Part shown: positions 13,235-24,634 of the stretch, piece by piece | Layout: each line of letters opens with the position of its first letter | How positions within the stretch are numbered: the stretch's first letter is position 1 | Origin: Curvularia clavata | Taxonomy: Eukaryota | Reading direction: 5' to 3' | DNA length: 64,000 nt | Assembly: GCA_023920165.1 (NCBI GenBank) | Contig: CP089274.1 | Location: 2,604,001 to 2,668,000, forward strand | Position numbers and translations under genes: made by a program | The notes under the pieces: model-generated | Told to the model about the DNA's origin: nothing | What the model saw: the letters and a program-made list of their open reading frames with translations, nothing else | Databases searched by the model: none

Positions 13235-14476
13235 CTACAGCTTGCTACCGTAGCGGGGAGGGTAGCCAGTGTTGTAACCACTCACCTCGCGTTCGGCATA
13301 CTTCCTGTCCAACGGAACTGGTTGGGGATTTAGTATTTCTTCGTCGCCAAAACCTGCGTCTCCTTGGAACCTACGCGCATAGTGGGCGGCACCAATGGGT
13401 TGGGGTGCGCCGTATTCTGCGTATTGTCCTCCATAGGGGCCGTACTGACCTGGGCGGTGGGTTTGGCGGGCGCTGCTCTGCTGCCAGGTTTCGCGCTCTG
13501 GGAGACGCTCTTCAAATGCTTCGGCGGGGCGGCCTAGGGGCTCCGGATACAGGCGGTTCTGCTGGTAGGTCTCACGAGTCTCAATGGGATACTGAGAGCG
13601 ATAGTGGTCCTGCTGCTCGTAACGCTCGTCGAATTGGGTCTCGTAACGGGTGTCACGGCCGTGGTGCTCCCAGTGGCTGTCGTGGTGGTGGTGGTGGTGA
13701 GGAGGAGGTGGAGGAGGAGGAGCGCGCTCATCATAGTACTGGGGACCACGCTCGCGCTCGTCAACATAGACTTCACGGTGCTCCTGGTAATGAGCCGGGG
13801 GCTGACGGTCGCGCTCTACCCAAACATCACGGTGCTCCTCTACGTGTCTGGGAGCAGCGCCGTCACGCTCAATGTAGATGTCCCTGTCAATATGGGTCGT
13901 GTGGGTCGTGTTATGGACAGGAGCAGGGGCGGGAGCGGGAGGGGCCTCTTGGTGGATTTCAATGTCGACGTGGGTTTCCTTCTTGGAGTGCTTATGCTTG
14001 GGCTTGTGGGGTTCCTCGATGGGCTCCAGCGTGGTCAGGTAGCCAAGGACTTCGCTGAGACTCTGGTGGGCGATGCTGAGTTCCTTTTCCCTGTTCTCGA
14101 GCTTTTCCTTCTCGCTGAGGAGCCAGTAGACGCGGTGCCTCATGCCAACACGGCGGCCATCTTCAATGTCGCCAGCGACGCGTTCCGTGTGTGGAGCAAT
14201 GTTTTCGAGGGCGCCGCGGACGTCGCGCATGCAGCCGTAGACCCATTTGGACTTTTCCGGGTTGGCCTCGAGGATGTCGTGGATTTCGCGGACCGAGAGC
14301 AGACGGCGCACCTCTTCGAGATCAGAGCGGACGCGGCCGATGATGCGCACGTAGACGGCGTTGGATGGGCCGACGTCGCGCACACGTTTGGCCTTTGTCA
14401 GGAACTCAGCGAGCTTGTAGGCGCCGCCGAGGGCAGTGGCAGCGGCGCCGAGGGTGACGAGCTCTCCCTTGACCAT
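13235..14476 (-). CDS. Uncharacterised protein: HeLo/SesA-like N-terminal helical domain, His/Glu/Arg-rich repeats, C-terminal -SKL
   Basis: 413-aa intronless ORF with strong C/G third-position bias. The domain assignment is by visual resemblance only (MRHRVYWLLSEKEKLENREKELSIAHQSL). Confidence 0.8.
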   Translation of the reverse strand: MVKGELVTLGAAATALGGAYKLAEFLTKAKRVRDVGPSNAVYVRIIGRVRSDLEEVRRLLSVREIHDILEANPEKSKWVYGCMRDVRGALENIAPHTERVAGDIEDGRRVGMRHRVYWLLSEKEKLENREKELSIAHQSLSEVLGYLTTLEPIEEPHKPKHKHSKKETHVDIEIHQEAPPAPAPAPVHNTTHTTHIDRDIYIERDGAAPRHVEEHRDVWVERDRQPPAHYQEHREVYVDERERGPQYYDERAPPPPPPPHHHHHHDSHWEHHGRDTRYETQFDERYEQQDHYRSQYPIETRETYQQNRLYPEPLGRPAEAFEERLPERETWQQSSARQTHRPGQYGPYGGQYAEYGAPQPIGAAHYARRFQGDAGFGDEEILNPQPVPLDRKYAEREVSGYNTGYPPRYGSKL

Positions 14477-15151
14477 GACGGGCAGAGGGACGGGCGGTGG
14501 GCGAGGAAGCTGCCGGCAACGAGGAGAGATGGATCAATGGAGTGAAGGAGTGCCTGCGTCTCTGCGGGTACCTAGCGCGAGCATGCCGCGCAGGTTCAAC
14601 CGGCAGCAGAGTGGGGATGGGCGCTTTGGTGTGGTTGTGTGAGGAAAGTTGGGGGAGGTGTCAGTTCCAGCTCAGCTCAGGGCAGCATGGACAAGGGGCC
14701 CAGTGTTGGAGCTTTGGGAGGCTGGGGCGCTAATCCGCTTTGGGTGCTAGTCGGCTGCATCTCATCACCCAGCGCGACCAGCCCGAGGTCCCAGCACGCG
14801 TCGGTTGCTGGCTGTCTGTGTTCCTGGCTCCACCCTGCGCGAACTGCTCAGCCTGCTTGTTCTCTGCTGCGTCTCAGAGGGGCTTCGTCTTCGTCCGTCA
14901 ATCATCCGGCCGGTGCAGCCGCCGTGGCTGGGCCAGACGGAGCTGAGCCGGCTTGGGTAAACAACGCGTGCGAGCATTGTTGTTGTTGTTATTTGTTGAT
15001 GCGCCGCTCCTGCCCTGCCTTGGTTGCGATTGCCGACGCTGGGCTGACACAGGCCTGGATCATCCCCGTTGCACATGCCGGCTCCGTGACAACGCAGCTC
15101 AACCACAACACGACGACTCGATGCCAAAACCTTGATTTCTGCTCTGCTCTG

Positions 15152-16845
15152 CTATCTGCCGTACTTTGCAACAAATGCCCGCACCTTGGGATCGCTCAGG
15201 CTGAGCTCGCTGCCCTCGGCGTCGAGCAGATCCCGGTCCCGCTCCTCGAGCTCCGCCTCCATCTTCTTTAGCTGCACGTCCAGTTTGGGGTTAGTCAGGC
15301 TCACGCTCCGGAATGGCGCGTGCTTGAACAGTGCTCCCAGCATCACCTCCATGTCTGCATCTGCCCTGCTCGACCGTTCGGCCAGTTTCTCATGCGTGCC
15401 CGTTGCCGTAGACTCGTAGTGGTCCTGCAGTTTTTTGCCTCGTTCAACTTGGGCTTGCAGCAGCGAGTCCTGGAGGCTTTCCATGTTGTCATGGTTGAAC
15501 GAGATGCCTGCATGTCGCAGCGCATCTTGCAGCGCCACCGGCAGATCGAGCGTGTTGTTGGGCCTGAGCTTGACCATGGGTGTAAAGGCCGTTGTGGAGG
15601 GCTTCGCTCGTTTGTGTGCAGGCGTTGGAGCTGCTGCCGGCGCATCCATTTCAGGCATGCGTTTTGCTGCCGCCGCTTCAACATGTCGCAGTGCCTGCTG
15701 GAATTCGTCACAGTCCTGCGTGCTTGTAGCCACCGTATCCAGTCGCTTGCCCATGTACTCGAGCGTTGACAAAACCTATCCATGTTAGCAAGCCTACTGC
15801 CGAAGCCCAGTGGCACCTACATAGTTGAGCCATGCACTTCGTGCCTGTCTTCTGTCCCTGTCCCTGCGTTCTTTTACATCCGTCATTGGCTTCCGTATCT
15901 CATGCTCGACAACCATCTCAGCAACAGACGCAATCTCAGAGTGCAACTCCTCGAGTTCTGCTTGCAGCGCCGCTTTTTGTTCCTTAAACTCTGCCACTGC
16001 TTCACCGGACGCACTGGTTTGCGTTTGCTGAGCAACGTTGGTCAGGTAGATGGTATCTACGCGAGCCTTGATTTCAGCAGTGCGAAAGGAAATAATGGCC
16101 TTGCACCACTGCTCAATTGACTTTTCGTCATCGCTAGCCTCTGGCTCCGTCACAATCTGGGAAACCAAACCAGGAAGCCGGCTCAGGATTTGGTCATCTG
16201 ATGCAAACCGTTCTGATAGATAGCTGTTTAACATGGACTTGTCCCTCTCGCTCTCTCGCTGTGCATCCGCCACTTGCTCTGTGATGGATGTGGCAATATC
16301 ATCGACCTGCAATATCAGCAACATGGCTTGACTTCTGCATTGTCAGCTTACCGAAGTATCAAGCCTTGCCTTCTCCTGGCCTTCCTTTCTCTTCCTCTCG
16401 TTCCGCAGGTGCTCGGCATTCAGATTGGGCTTGTCAAGTCCTCGCAGCTTCATCAAAGCATCCTTTTGCGCCTCGAGCACTTTGCACTGCTCTTCAATGG
16501 CCGTAGTCGAACTCTGCAGAGACTCAATGGCTGATGCGATTTCGTGGTCCAAGATGGGCCTGGTGGGTTCACCCTCGCTCTCATACTGATGCAACAGTCC
16601 CTTCTTCTTCAACGTCTGGTAACTGGAGGAAAGTTAGTAACCGTCAGCCGTAGTGGCTGCTGCACATACAGCTCTAGCTCTTCCTTAGTCAACAAGGTGT
16701 CTTGGTGCAGGTACTCCTCAACCCAAGCTGCGGCTTTGTGATTTGTGTCCGCATCTTCGAACGCCAGCAGGATCCTGTCAAGATCTACCTTGAGGCCTCT
16801 TTCTTCGACCACGTTCAGCAAGTGATGAGCGGCTTGCTCCTCCAT
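15152..16845 (-). CDS. Coiled-coil protein, probable augmin subunit HAUS3-like, 4 exons
   Basis: Spliced N-terminus LLAFEDADTNHKAAAWVEEYLHQDTLLTKEELELYQTLKKKG resembles the HAUS3 N-terminal domain; long coiled coils; three GT-AG introns join the four ORF pieces. Confidence 0.65.
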
Positions 16846-17055
16846 GGCACTCGGTTGTGTGTCGCTGGTTGTTGTGTGACAAGGTGCGAAAGCAGTTAGG
16901 CTGTCTACATTCGTTACGGTGGGCGGGAGTTGCCAATCGCGCAGTCGCGTTTTCCACTTTGACGCGCTTCACCACCAAAGACTCAAGATTTGTGAAAAGA
17001 CTATTCCTAACTGCCAGTTCCCAAAAAGACTATTACTACTTCAGATTCAATCACA
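16846..17055. promoter_or_regulatory. Compact bidirectional promoter with MCB-like CGCG elements
   Basis: 210 bp between divergent ATGs; CGCG cores at 16938, 16946 (ACGCGA on minus) and 16963 (ACGCG). Confidence 0.5.
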
Positions 17056-18078
17056 ATGCCTCCCGCCGCACTCGAATCCGTGCCAACATCCGAAACCGAG
17101 AAAGATACTCGATCACAAAATACCACCCAACCCAGCAACCCCGCCCACGAAGAGCACCAATACCTCTCCCTCATCCGCGACATACTCTCCAATGGCGAGC
17201 ACCGTCCCGATCGCACCGGCACCGGTACATACGCCGTCCCCTTCCCCCCACAAATGCGCTTCTCCCTGTCCCGGCCCTCCAGCGACCCCTCGCAACCACC
17301 GCAACTCATCCTCCCCCTCCTCACCACCAAGCGTGTCTTCCTGCGCGCCGTAATCGGCGAGCTTCTGTGGTTCATAGCAGGCAGCACCCACAGCGCACCT
17401 TTATCCAGTGCCGGAATCAAAATCTGGGACGGCAACGGCAGTCGCTCGTACCTCGACAGCGTTGGTCTCTCGCACTACGAAGAAGGCGAGCTGGGTCCCG
17501 TCTACGGCTTCCAATGGCGGCACTTTGGCGCGGAATACAAAGGGCACGCACACGACTACACTGGCGAAGGCGTCGACCAACTCGCAGAGATCATCGACAA
17601 GTTAAAAAATAAACCTTACGACCGCCGCATCATTCTCTCCGCCTGGAACCCCGCTGATATCAAGAAAATGGCACTTCCACCTTGCCACATGTTTGCACAG
17701 TTTTACGTGAGTTTTCCGGGACACAAGCAAGGGGAGGAGAGGCCAAGAGGCGTACTACACTCGCTGTTGTATCAGCGCTCGTGTGACATGGGTCTCGGAG
17801 TGCCGTTTAATATCGCGTCGTATGCGCTACTGACGCATATGCTGGCGCATGTGTGCGATTTGATCCCAGGAACGTTCACGCATACCATGGGTGATGCCCA
17901 TGTCTATGCTGATCATGTCGAGGCGCTGAAAGTGCAACTGGAGCGTGAACCGAGAGAGTTTCCGGAACTGAAGATTAATAGGGAGATTGGGGGTAGTATA
18001 GATGGGTGGAAGGCGGAGGATTTTGAGGTCCTGGGATACAAGCCGCATGCGAGTATCGCGATGAAGATGAGCGTGTAG
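17056..18078 (+). CDS. CDC21: Thymidylate synthase
   Basis: [44 protein letters not shown] and [18 protein letters not shown] motifs; intronless. Confidence 0.98.
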   Translation: MPPAALESVPTSETEKDTRSQNTTQPSNPAHEEHQYLSLIRDILSNGEHRPDRTGTGTYAVPFPPQMRFSLSRPSSDPSQPPQLILPLLTTKRVFLRAVIGELLWFIAGSTHSAPLSSAGIKIWDGNGSRSYLDSVGLSHYEEGELGPVYGFQWRHFGAEYKGHAHDYTGEGVDQLAEIIDKLKNKPYDRRIILSAWNPADIKKMALPPCHMFAQFYVSFPGHKQGEERPRGVLHSLLYQRSCDMGLGVPFNIASYALLTHMLAHVCDLIPGTFTHTMGDAHVYADHVEALKVQLEREPREFPELKINREIGGSIDGWKAEDFEVLGYKPHASIAMKMSV

Positions 18079-18348
18079 GTTGTTTTTTTACGCTTGGTAA
18101 GCATGTTATGTTAGTTATAGAGTTATGTTCAGCCAAGCTGAAAATAGATAAATGCCATGATTTTTTAAATCTCCTACTTTTTTTAAAAGAAACATACATG
18201 TGAATATAAACGCTCTCATGCTAGTAATGCCAACAACAAATCATCAAGGTATCATAAACGCTCCGCTTATGCATATGCAAAGCCCTAGTCCAACAAAGAA
18301 TAATACAAAAGAGGTCGCGGTTTTAAAGACAGGTAGAACTACCTTTCA

Positions 18349-19931
18349 TCAAGTCGGCAGCTCCTGCGCCTCGCTCCTCGGCCCATGATGATGCGCATAT
18401 TTTACACTTCCTGGTAACTCGCTCGTAGGACTCGCTGCATGCATTTCCGCCGTAGGCACTCCAGGAGAACCATTGTAACTCTGCTCTGCTCCATCATGCC
18501 CAGGCACATATCCGTATCCGGCCCCAGGACCAGCATACGCTTCTTTCTCTCCCATTTTCGCTGCTTTCCGTCTTCGCAGCCAGAAGATAGCGAAGCCGAT
18601 GGCGCCGAGTACGGCGATGCCACCGACGACTGGTCCAGCGATCCAGGCTTTGCTTGAGGAGGAAGAAGAGGAAGAGGAAGAGGCGCCGGAGCCACTGGGG
18701 CTATCAGTAGCAGAGCCCGAGTTGCTAGATGAAGAGTTTGAAACGCTCTTCCCATCGGTGACAGCGGCGTAAATGGCAGTTCCCAAATCACCAAGGATAC
18801 TCTCCGTCTTCTGCAGATAGCAATTGTTATATCCGCCGTCGAGCACTGTAGAAAAGAGCGCCGCTGTACACCCCTGATCGCTGGCCGCGCACGCATCCAT
18901 ACACGCCGTAAGGTTCTGTGCATGCAGATTTGTGATATTCTTTCCTGGATTCGTCTTCCCACACGAGATCTTGAACTGGGCACTGTTGGCGGTGGCCTGA
19001 TATAGTTTTTCGTCCGGACACTTTGTATCTGGGATGTCGAAGGAGATCATTTGGGCTGCGTGCATGATGCCTTGTTTCGATGTCGGAGCGACAAAGGCAG
19101 GCGTTTTCCCGTATTTCGGCCAGCAGTTTGCATAGCCGACTTGGAGGCCGGGGTTCCATGATACCGCGCGACAGAGGGGGTGTAGTCCCGCACACACCTT
19201 CAAGCATTCCTCGAGGGATTCGGTGTGGTAGAAGGCACGATAGGGTTCTTCGAGACAGTCGTACTCGTCGAAACAGTGCGGTGGCTCAGCAATGACCTTG
19301 CCGCAGTGTGTAGTGTAGGATACGCCGTTAACCCCAGGAAGGGCTTTGTCCTCCAAGTCCTTGTTCGGGCATTTCGTATCGTACCCTTTCATCTGGTCCG
19401 GGTTGGTAAGGAGGGCAGTGATGGCTTCTGGTGCGGGTGTCAAGGCGGCGGTAGAGACATTACTAGTTTTTAGCCAGCAGTGACCGCCAGGTGTTGTCCA
19501 GGTAGCGCCGAAACAACCTTCGCTCTCACCCCAGTAGCGGGAGCAGTGCTCTAAACATTCCGTGTAACTGGCGGTAAAGAACCAGACTCCTACTCCACTC
19601 GGCTCTCTTATTGCGTCTACGAGTTGTCAGTCATGGCGCTGCGGGAAGAAAGGTATCATAGGGTGCTCACCACTCAACGGTGCATTCTGCTTGCAGTACA
19701 GATTGAAGCCAAGTCCATTCTTTGACGTGTAGTTGTCTTGACAATCCGTGATTGTATCCTGCCGTATCGCGAGGTCGCGAGTGTGTGCTGCATCTGGGCG
19801 TACGGAAACTATAAGCGCGTCAGTACTCTATAATTATCAATCCTCCAGAAATTCAACATACTCGTAGGTGTTGCAAGAGCAGCGCTTAAGCATGCCAGTG
19901 CAACTAAGCTTTTTCTCGCCAGGGCCAACAT
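18349..19931 (-). CDS. Type-I membrane protein with three PAN/apple-like domains, Ser-rich stalk and single TM, 3 exons
   Basis: Signal peptide MLALARKSLVALACLSAALA; repeated C..C...C...CW/CY-L/P-K/Q units; SKAWIAGPVVGGIAVLGAIGFAIFWLRRRK TM; tail ending QELPT. Confidence 0.8.
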
Positions 19932-20882
19932 GCCGTACAGAATTTTGGGGCTCGTAAGGCGTCTTTCGCAACGGGCGAAAGTGCTGAGATGTAAAGACAG
20001 CAGCGGAGTCCCAGACTGCGGGAAAACGCTAGCTCGGGTTGAATTCCAGATATAATCCCCGCTCAAAAGGAAATAAGAGCGGCCTATCTCAAGCGGAACG
20101 GCGACACTATGCAGGTCAGGCGTCCATTGGTGGGTACTGCGACCGTTATGGCCCCCAAATCAGAACCGCCGTGAGCTCGAAAGATCGTCTCAACACTGCC
20201 CCAAAGTACATTGTAAAATATGCACTAGCTCCCAATTGACCAGTAGAGCAGGGTTATGAGTCGTCCAATTTCGCTTGGCCAAGCCTATAACGTGTATCCC
20301 CGTCTTGCATCCCTATCGTCTCTGAGACCTGTGCCTGGCTACAGCTTATCTGCGAGGTGATGATACAGTTCGTTCCTCACTAAGCGATTTGTCTTTCTTG
20401 GCCTTTTTGACTGCTTCTTTTGGATTGTCCAGTTGGGTGTGGGAATTTAAGAAGATCTCGCAGCATGATGCCTGTCATGACAGGGGAATGAAGGCCGTGC
20501 GTTTGCCAAGGCGAACACAAGGCGGAGCAATGCTATCTTTGGCGTCCACACGAGCTGCGACTCTAAGCAGGCTGTAGATATACGTCGACAATGACATACC
20601 CTGGCCATTGCTATTATTTCATACAAAAGTCCCCAGGAAGATCATGCATCTCCCTGAATCACAGCGAGAATTACACATCGTATCAGTGCCACTTCGACAC
20701 GCCTCATGCTCTCTTGTCATGGCAACATACACACAGAAACGCTGAATCTTGATGTAAAACTGTTGGATTACCACGCTGCTTTTGCAGACAACGACTTGGT
20801 ATCTAATGCAACCTGAACGCCCGACATGTTTTTCCCAGCCTGCAAAACCATAATGCAAGAACGCTGAACATTGCAAGTCCGC

Positions 20883-23009
20883 TCATCGGTGGCTGGTCTT
20901 TCCAATACCACGCTTTCCGGCAGTCTGGTGTATCGTTAGCAGGTGATTCTGTATTGAGATGTGAAGTGTAACTTACCAAGTGCTTGATCAGAGAGCCAGT
21001 CTGGTGCCTGTCGGCTTCACCCTGTCTGGCCATCCTGTTCATCTTCTTCTGCGACAACTTAGCCAGCTTCTCGGCCTTTGAAGCAGCCTCAACATCGGTA
21101 ACACCATCGTTCCTCCTGTTAGTGCTCTGGCTGCGGCCACGGCTCTTCGCGCGCTCGAGGGCTGACTTGGGTGTATCGATGTCCATAGCGTCGCCGCCAG
21201 GAGCTTCCGATCTTGAACGGGCCAAGCTACGTCCTCGGGCCTCTGCTTGGGCCTGTGCACGCTCGACAACCTTTGTAGTGTCGTATCCAAGGCTCTCAAG
21301 GTGCGATTCCATCTGCGACATTTGCTTCGCCTTCTTTGTCCTGGGAATGACGGCCCTGTTCTTCAGACTCTTGCGCATCTTGGCTTCGTTCCTGATAAGC
21401 TGCCTCTTTTCGCGAATCAGCTCGGCCTTGTATCGGATGTCTGCTTCCTCGGCATCCTCGACGTCGTCGTCCGAGTCATAGAATCCTTCTTCCTCCAGCT
21501 TCTCTTCCTCAGCCTCAAGCGCGGCAAGCTTAGCCTCGATGTCGGGATCAATGAAGTCATAGACGTTCTGGCCCTTGAACACTTCTGGAATACGGTCGTG
21601 CTTCCATTCGTCATTCTCAAGAAGGTAGTTCTTGCGAAGGTCAATGTTGTAAACACCAGCCCCACCATTCTCCTCTTCCAGATCACGCTCAAGGATGGGC
21701 CTATCGGGGTCGTCCTTGTCGTATTTCTTCTTGTTGAGCGCTGCTTCAGGGATAAAGGTCTCACGGGTTACGCCGCCCAATGGTTGCGCAACGTGAATTC
21801 GGCGCAACAGCTCACCAAGACGACCAGATGGCTCACCAGCGCTGTTGGTGCCGGCCTTAAGTTTCTCTGCATTACGAGCAGCAATCAGACGGTCACAAAC
21901 TGCGTTTCGCACAGCCATGACACCTTCAGTAGTGCTGCAAGAAAGCTCCAGCATCTCCACCTCGCCAGACTTGAGCATACCCTGCAGTTGAGCCTGTGTT
22001 TCGGGATCAAGCTGGCTAGGACGCATGAGATCAATCTTGTTGATAACGATAGAGATGAGCTTGTTTGCGAACAGAGGCTTAATGTTGTTGAAGAGAGCGA
22101 TTTGCGATGCAACCGAGTAACCGCACTGCTCACTGAGATCCATGAAGTAGAGGATATGGGCGCGGAGATGGGCAATAGCGCAAATGGACTGATGCTCAAT
22201 GGTGTTCATCTCCTCGAGAGCGTGGTCCAGAATACCAGGCGTGTCAACGGCCTGGAAACGAAGCATCTTGTAGTCGAAATGACCAACGTACAAGCTCTTG
22301 GTGGTAAAAGCATATGGCTGGACCTCAACATCGGCCCTGGAAATGGACTTCAAGAAGGATGACTTGCCGACGTTGGGGAAGCCAGAAATGACGAGCGTGC
22401 GAGTGTTGGGGTCGATAGATGGAAGACGACCCAAATGCTGCCTGACCTGCTCGAGGTAGACAAGAGGGTCTTTAAGCCTCTTGCAGATAGTAGCCATACG
22501 ACCAAGAGCAGCCCTCTTCAGCTGCTTGCACTGGAACAGAGACTGTCCATATTTGAGAAGACGAACATAGTCGCGCGCAACCGTCTCGATCAGCGACTTT
22601 GCAGTTGAGAGCTGACCAAGGGCAATGCGGAAGTGATCCGCATCGTAGAGAGTGTTGAGCAGATCGCGGTGGAACGGGTGGATGTCCTGCAGGCGGGGGA
22701 AGGCTTCGATGGTGGTGGAGAGGCGCTCGACGAAAGTTTCGGATGTGTACTTGACTTTTCGCGTGTAGAAGGCTCGAATTCTGCTAATCTTGAAGCCAGC
22801 ACGGATCTGTGTGGGCAACCTGAGTATTTTTCGTCAGCTACCTGGGCTCGGATACAGCATAGAGCTGCGCAAATCTCGGGCGCATGGGCGTGGTTTGCGC
22901 CCACACAGATGAGATGGGAAGCCTACCTTCTCTGTGTCCTGGAGAGCACAATGTCCAGGAACTCTTGGCTCGTGGGCACGGCGGGGATGTCCTTCCACTG
23001 GGTCTTCAT
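20883..23009 (-). CDS. NOG1: Nucleolar GTP-binding protein 1, 3 exons
   Basis: [47 protein letters not shown] and NKID motifs; last exon [13 protein letters not shown] with stop at 20883. Confidence 0.97.
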
Positions 23010-23275
23010 TTTGGCGACTGCGGCTTTGTTGTGGTTGTGGACGCGGTCTGCGCTTCAGAGGGAAGGGCTGGCAAAAAGTTCGAGGCGCTACCTATCGATA
23101 CCAAAAAATATTCCCCACCGCCAAGCGGCAGTTCGCCTCATGCGCGCTAGTGCCCATCCAGACATCCACCAACCAGAGCCTGTCTAGTAAAGACCCTGAG
23201 GACTCCTTAGCCATTTTTATCATTGCAGGTGTCACAGATAGTTGAGCAGTAGAATTTGATTACTTCCCTGCTCCT

Positions 23276-24046
23276 TTAGTCTAACAATTCAAAATGAGCA
23301 TCTACCGGGTTCTTCCCGTTGATGGTGAGAACATCCTGAGGACATGCACTCATCACCACAACCACATCCCGCAACGCCTCCAGAACTACATAGTCGCCTG
23401 GCTTCGTCTTTGGCTCTTCGAAACTCACGCCCCGCTTGGCACCCTCGCCCTCTTGCGTGATAGGAATATTCATAAACAAGTTGAAAGGATCAGGCACTCT
23501 AGCTCCTAGCTTTCCCTGCAGCATTTCTAGAGCTTCTTTCTCCTCGGCCGCCAGAGAAGATGCTGTAGAAAGAGAATCCAATGCGTCCCAGAAGTTGTCA
23601 GTGCAGCTCTCATGGTACCCGTTGACACCCAGTTCACTGTATCGCCACCTATCGCATGCTGCAATGAGAGTATCATGTACCCCCGGACTCGTGTCCTCGA
23701 CCAACTTCACCATTGGCGCCCGTTTCTGGCTAACCATCACATCGCCTACTGCAGGTGTAACTTTCAGCAGACTTGCGCGACAGTGGCACATGGACATGTA
23801 CTCGGGCGCACTGGCGGCAGCATTGGCGGCGGCCGAATACTTGGACGGCGAGTCAACAGTCGCGTTTGGATAAAGTGCCGCTTCGACCGTGGAAGATGCA
23901 GTTGTGAGGGTTGAAGAAGGGAGCGCAAGAGCCCAGGTGTCAACTACTTGATTGCCGTGCGTGTTTGTTATCTTTATTTTCTGGCCGGCTTTGACGACAG
24001 TGGCTGCTCCGCGGCGGGCGGGGACGGTCTGTATGGAAGAAGACAT
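23276..24046 (-). CDS. DUF1989 / urea carboxylase-associated family protein
   Basis: VPARRG, GNQVVDTW, HDTLIAACD, HESCTDN, PDPFNLFMN and MSACPQD motifs; intronless. Confidence 0.88.
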   Translation of the reverse strand: MSSSIQTVPARRGAATVVKAGQKIKITNTHGNQVVDTWALALPSSTLTTASSTVEAALYPNATVDSPSKYSAAANAAASAPEYMSMCHCRASLLKVTPAVGDVMVSQKRAPMVKLVEDTSPGVHDTLIAACDRWRYSELGVNGYHESCTDNFWDALDSLSTASSLAAEEKEALEMLQGKLGARVPDPFNLFMNIPITQEGEGAKRGVSFEEPKTKPGDYVVLEALRDVVVVMSACPQDVLTINGKNPVDAHFELLD

Positions 24047-24634
24047 AATAGATTCTCAATTTCGATTTCAAACTGAATTTTCTTGAAGAAAGATCTTAGA
24101 GAGTTTTACAGAGCGAGAGAGCTGTAGCATGGCAACGCATCGGGATATACTTATACTCCTACCCCGCTTGAGCTATCATCTGATATGCCGTGGAGCGGGA
24201 AGATAGGAAGACGGGGCCCACTATACACTCCTTAACTACTCATATCAGTGGGAGATAAGGGATCTTGCCATAGTTCTATGTCACAGTGCCTGCTCTGCGT
24301 GTCAGTATCATTGAGAATCGCGCACATCGTTCCTGAGTGTTCAACAAGAAGCTGTTGTTAGTGGCATTGTAAGACTTTTGACAATTGCTAACATAGGGTG
24401 TATACAGTGTATATGACAGACATGCAATGCTATGAATGTAGTGTTGCTGGAATTCGGAGAGCGTCGAAGAAAGGAGTACGAACGTCATGGCGGTTTCCAG
24501 ACCATCACGTGTCAAGGCCTAGGGCATCCACCGAACGGCCACCCTAGCATTCCCGAGTCGCCGCAACCCAAATTATCCCCACCACAGCTCGACTCCTTTA
24601 CCGCCAACCCATACTATTCCGCCCAGTTTTCACC

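Noticed and set aside
13192..14545. Long plus-strand ORFs (288 and 313 aa)
   Set aside because: Antisense shadows of the codon-biased 413-aa gene; no recognisable protein features.
20803..20977. ORF-track C-terminus of NOG1
   Set aside because: Read-through of a canonical intron; the conserved GKRGIGKT end is in the spliced exon.
21247..22362. 371-aa ORF antisense to NOG1 (likewise ORFs antisense to MTR10 and TIF35)
   Set aside because: Expected by-product of strong codon bias in highly expressed genes.
22821..22926. NOG1 intron 1 and TIF35 intron 1 as snoRNA hosts
   Set aside because: Longer than average, but no C/D or H/ACA box arrangement is visible.
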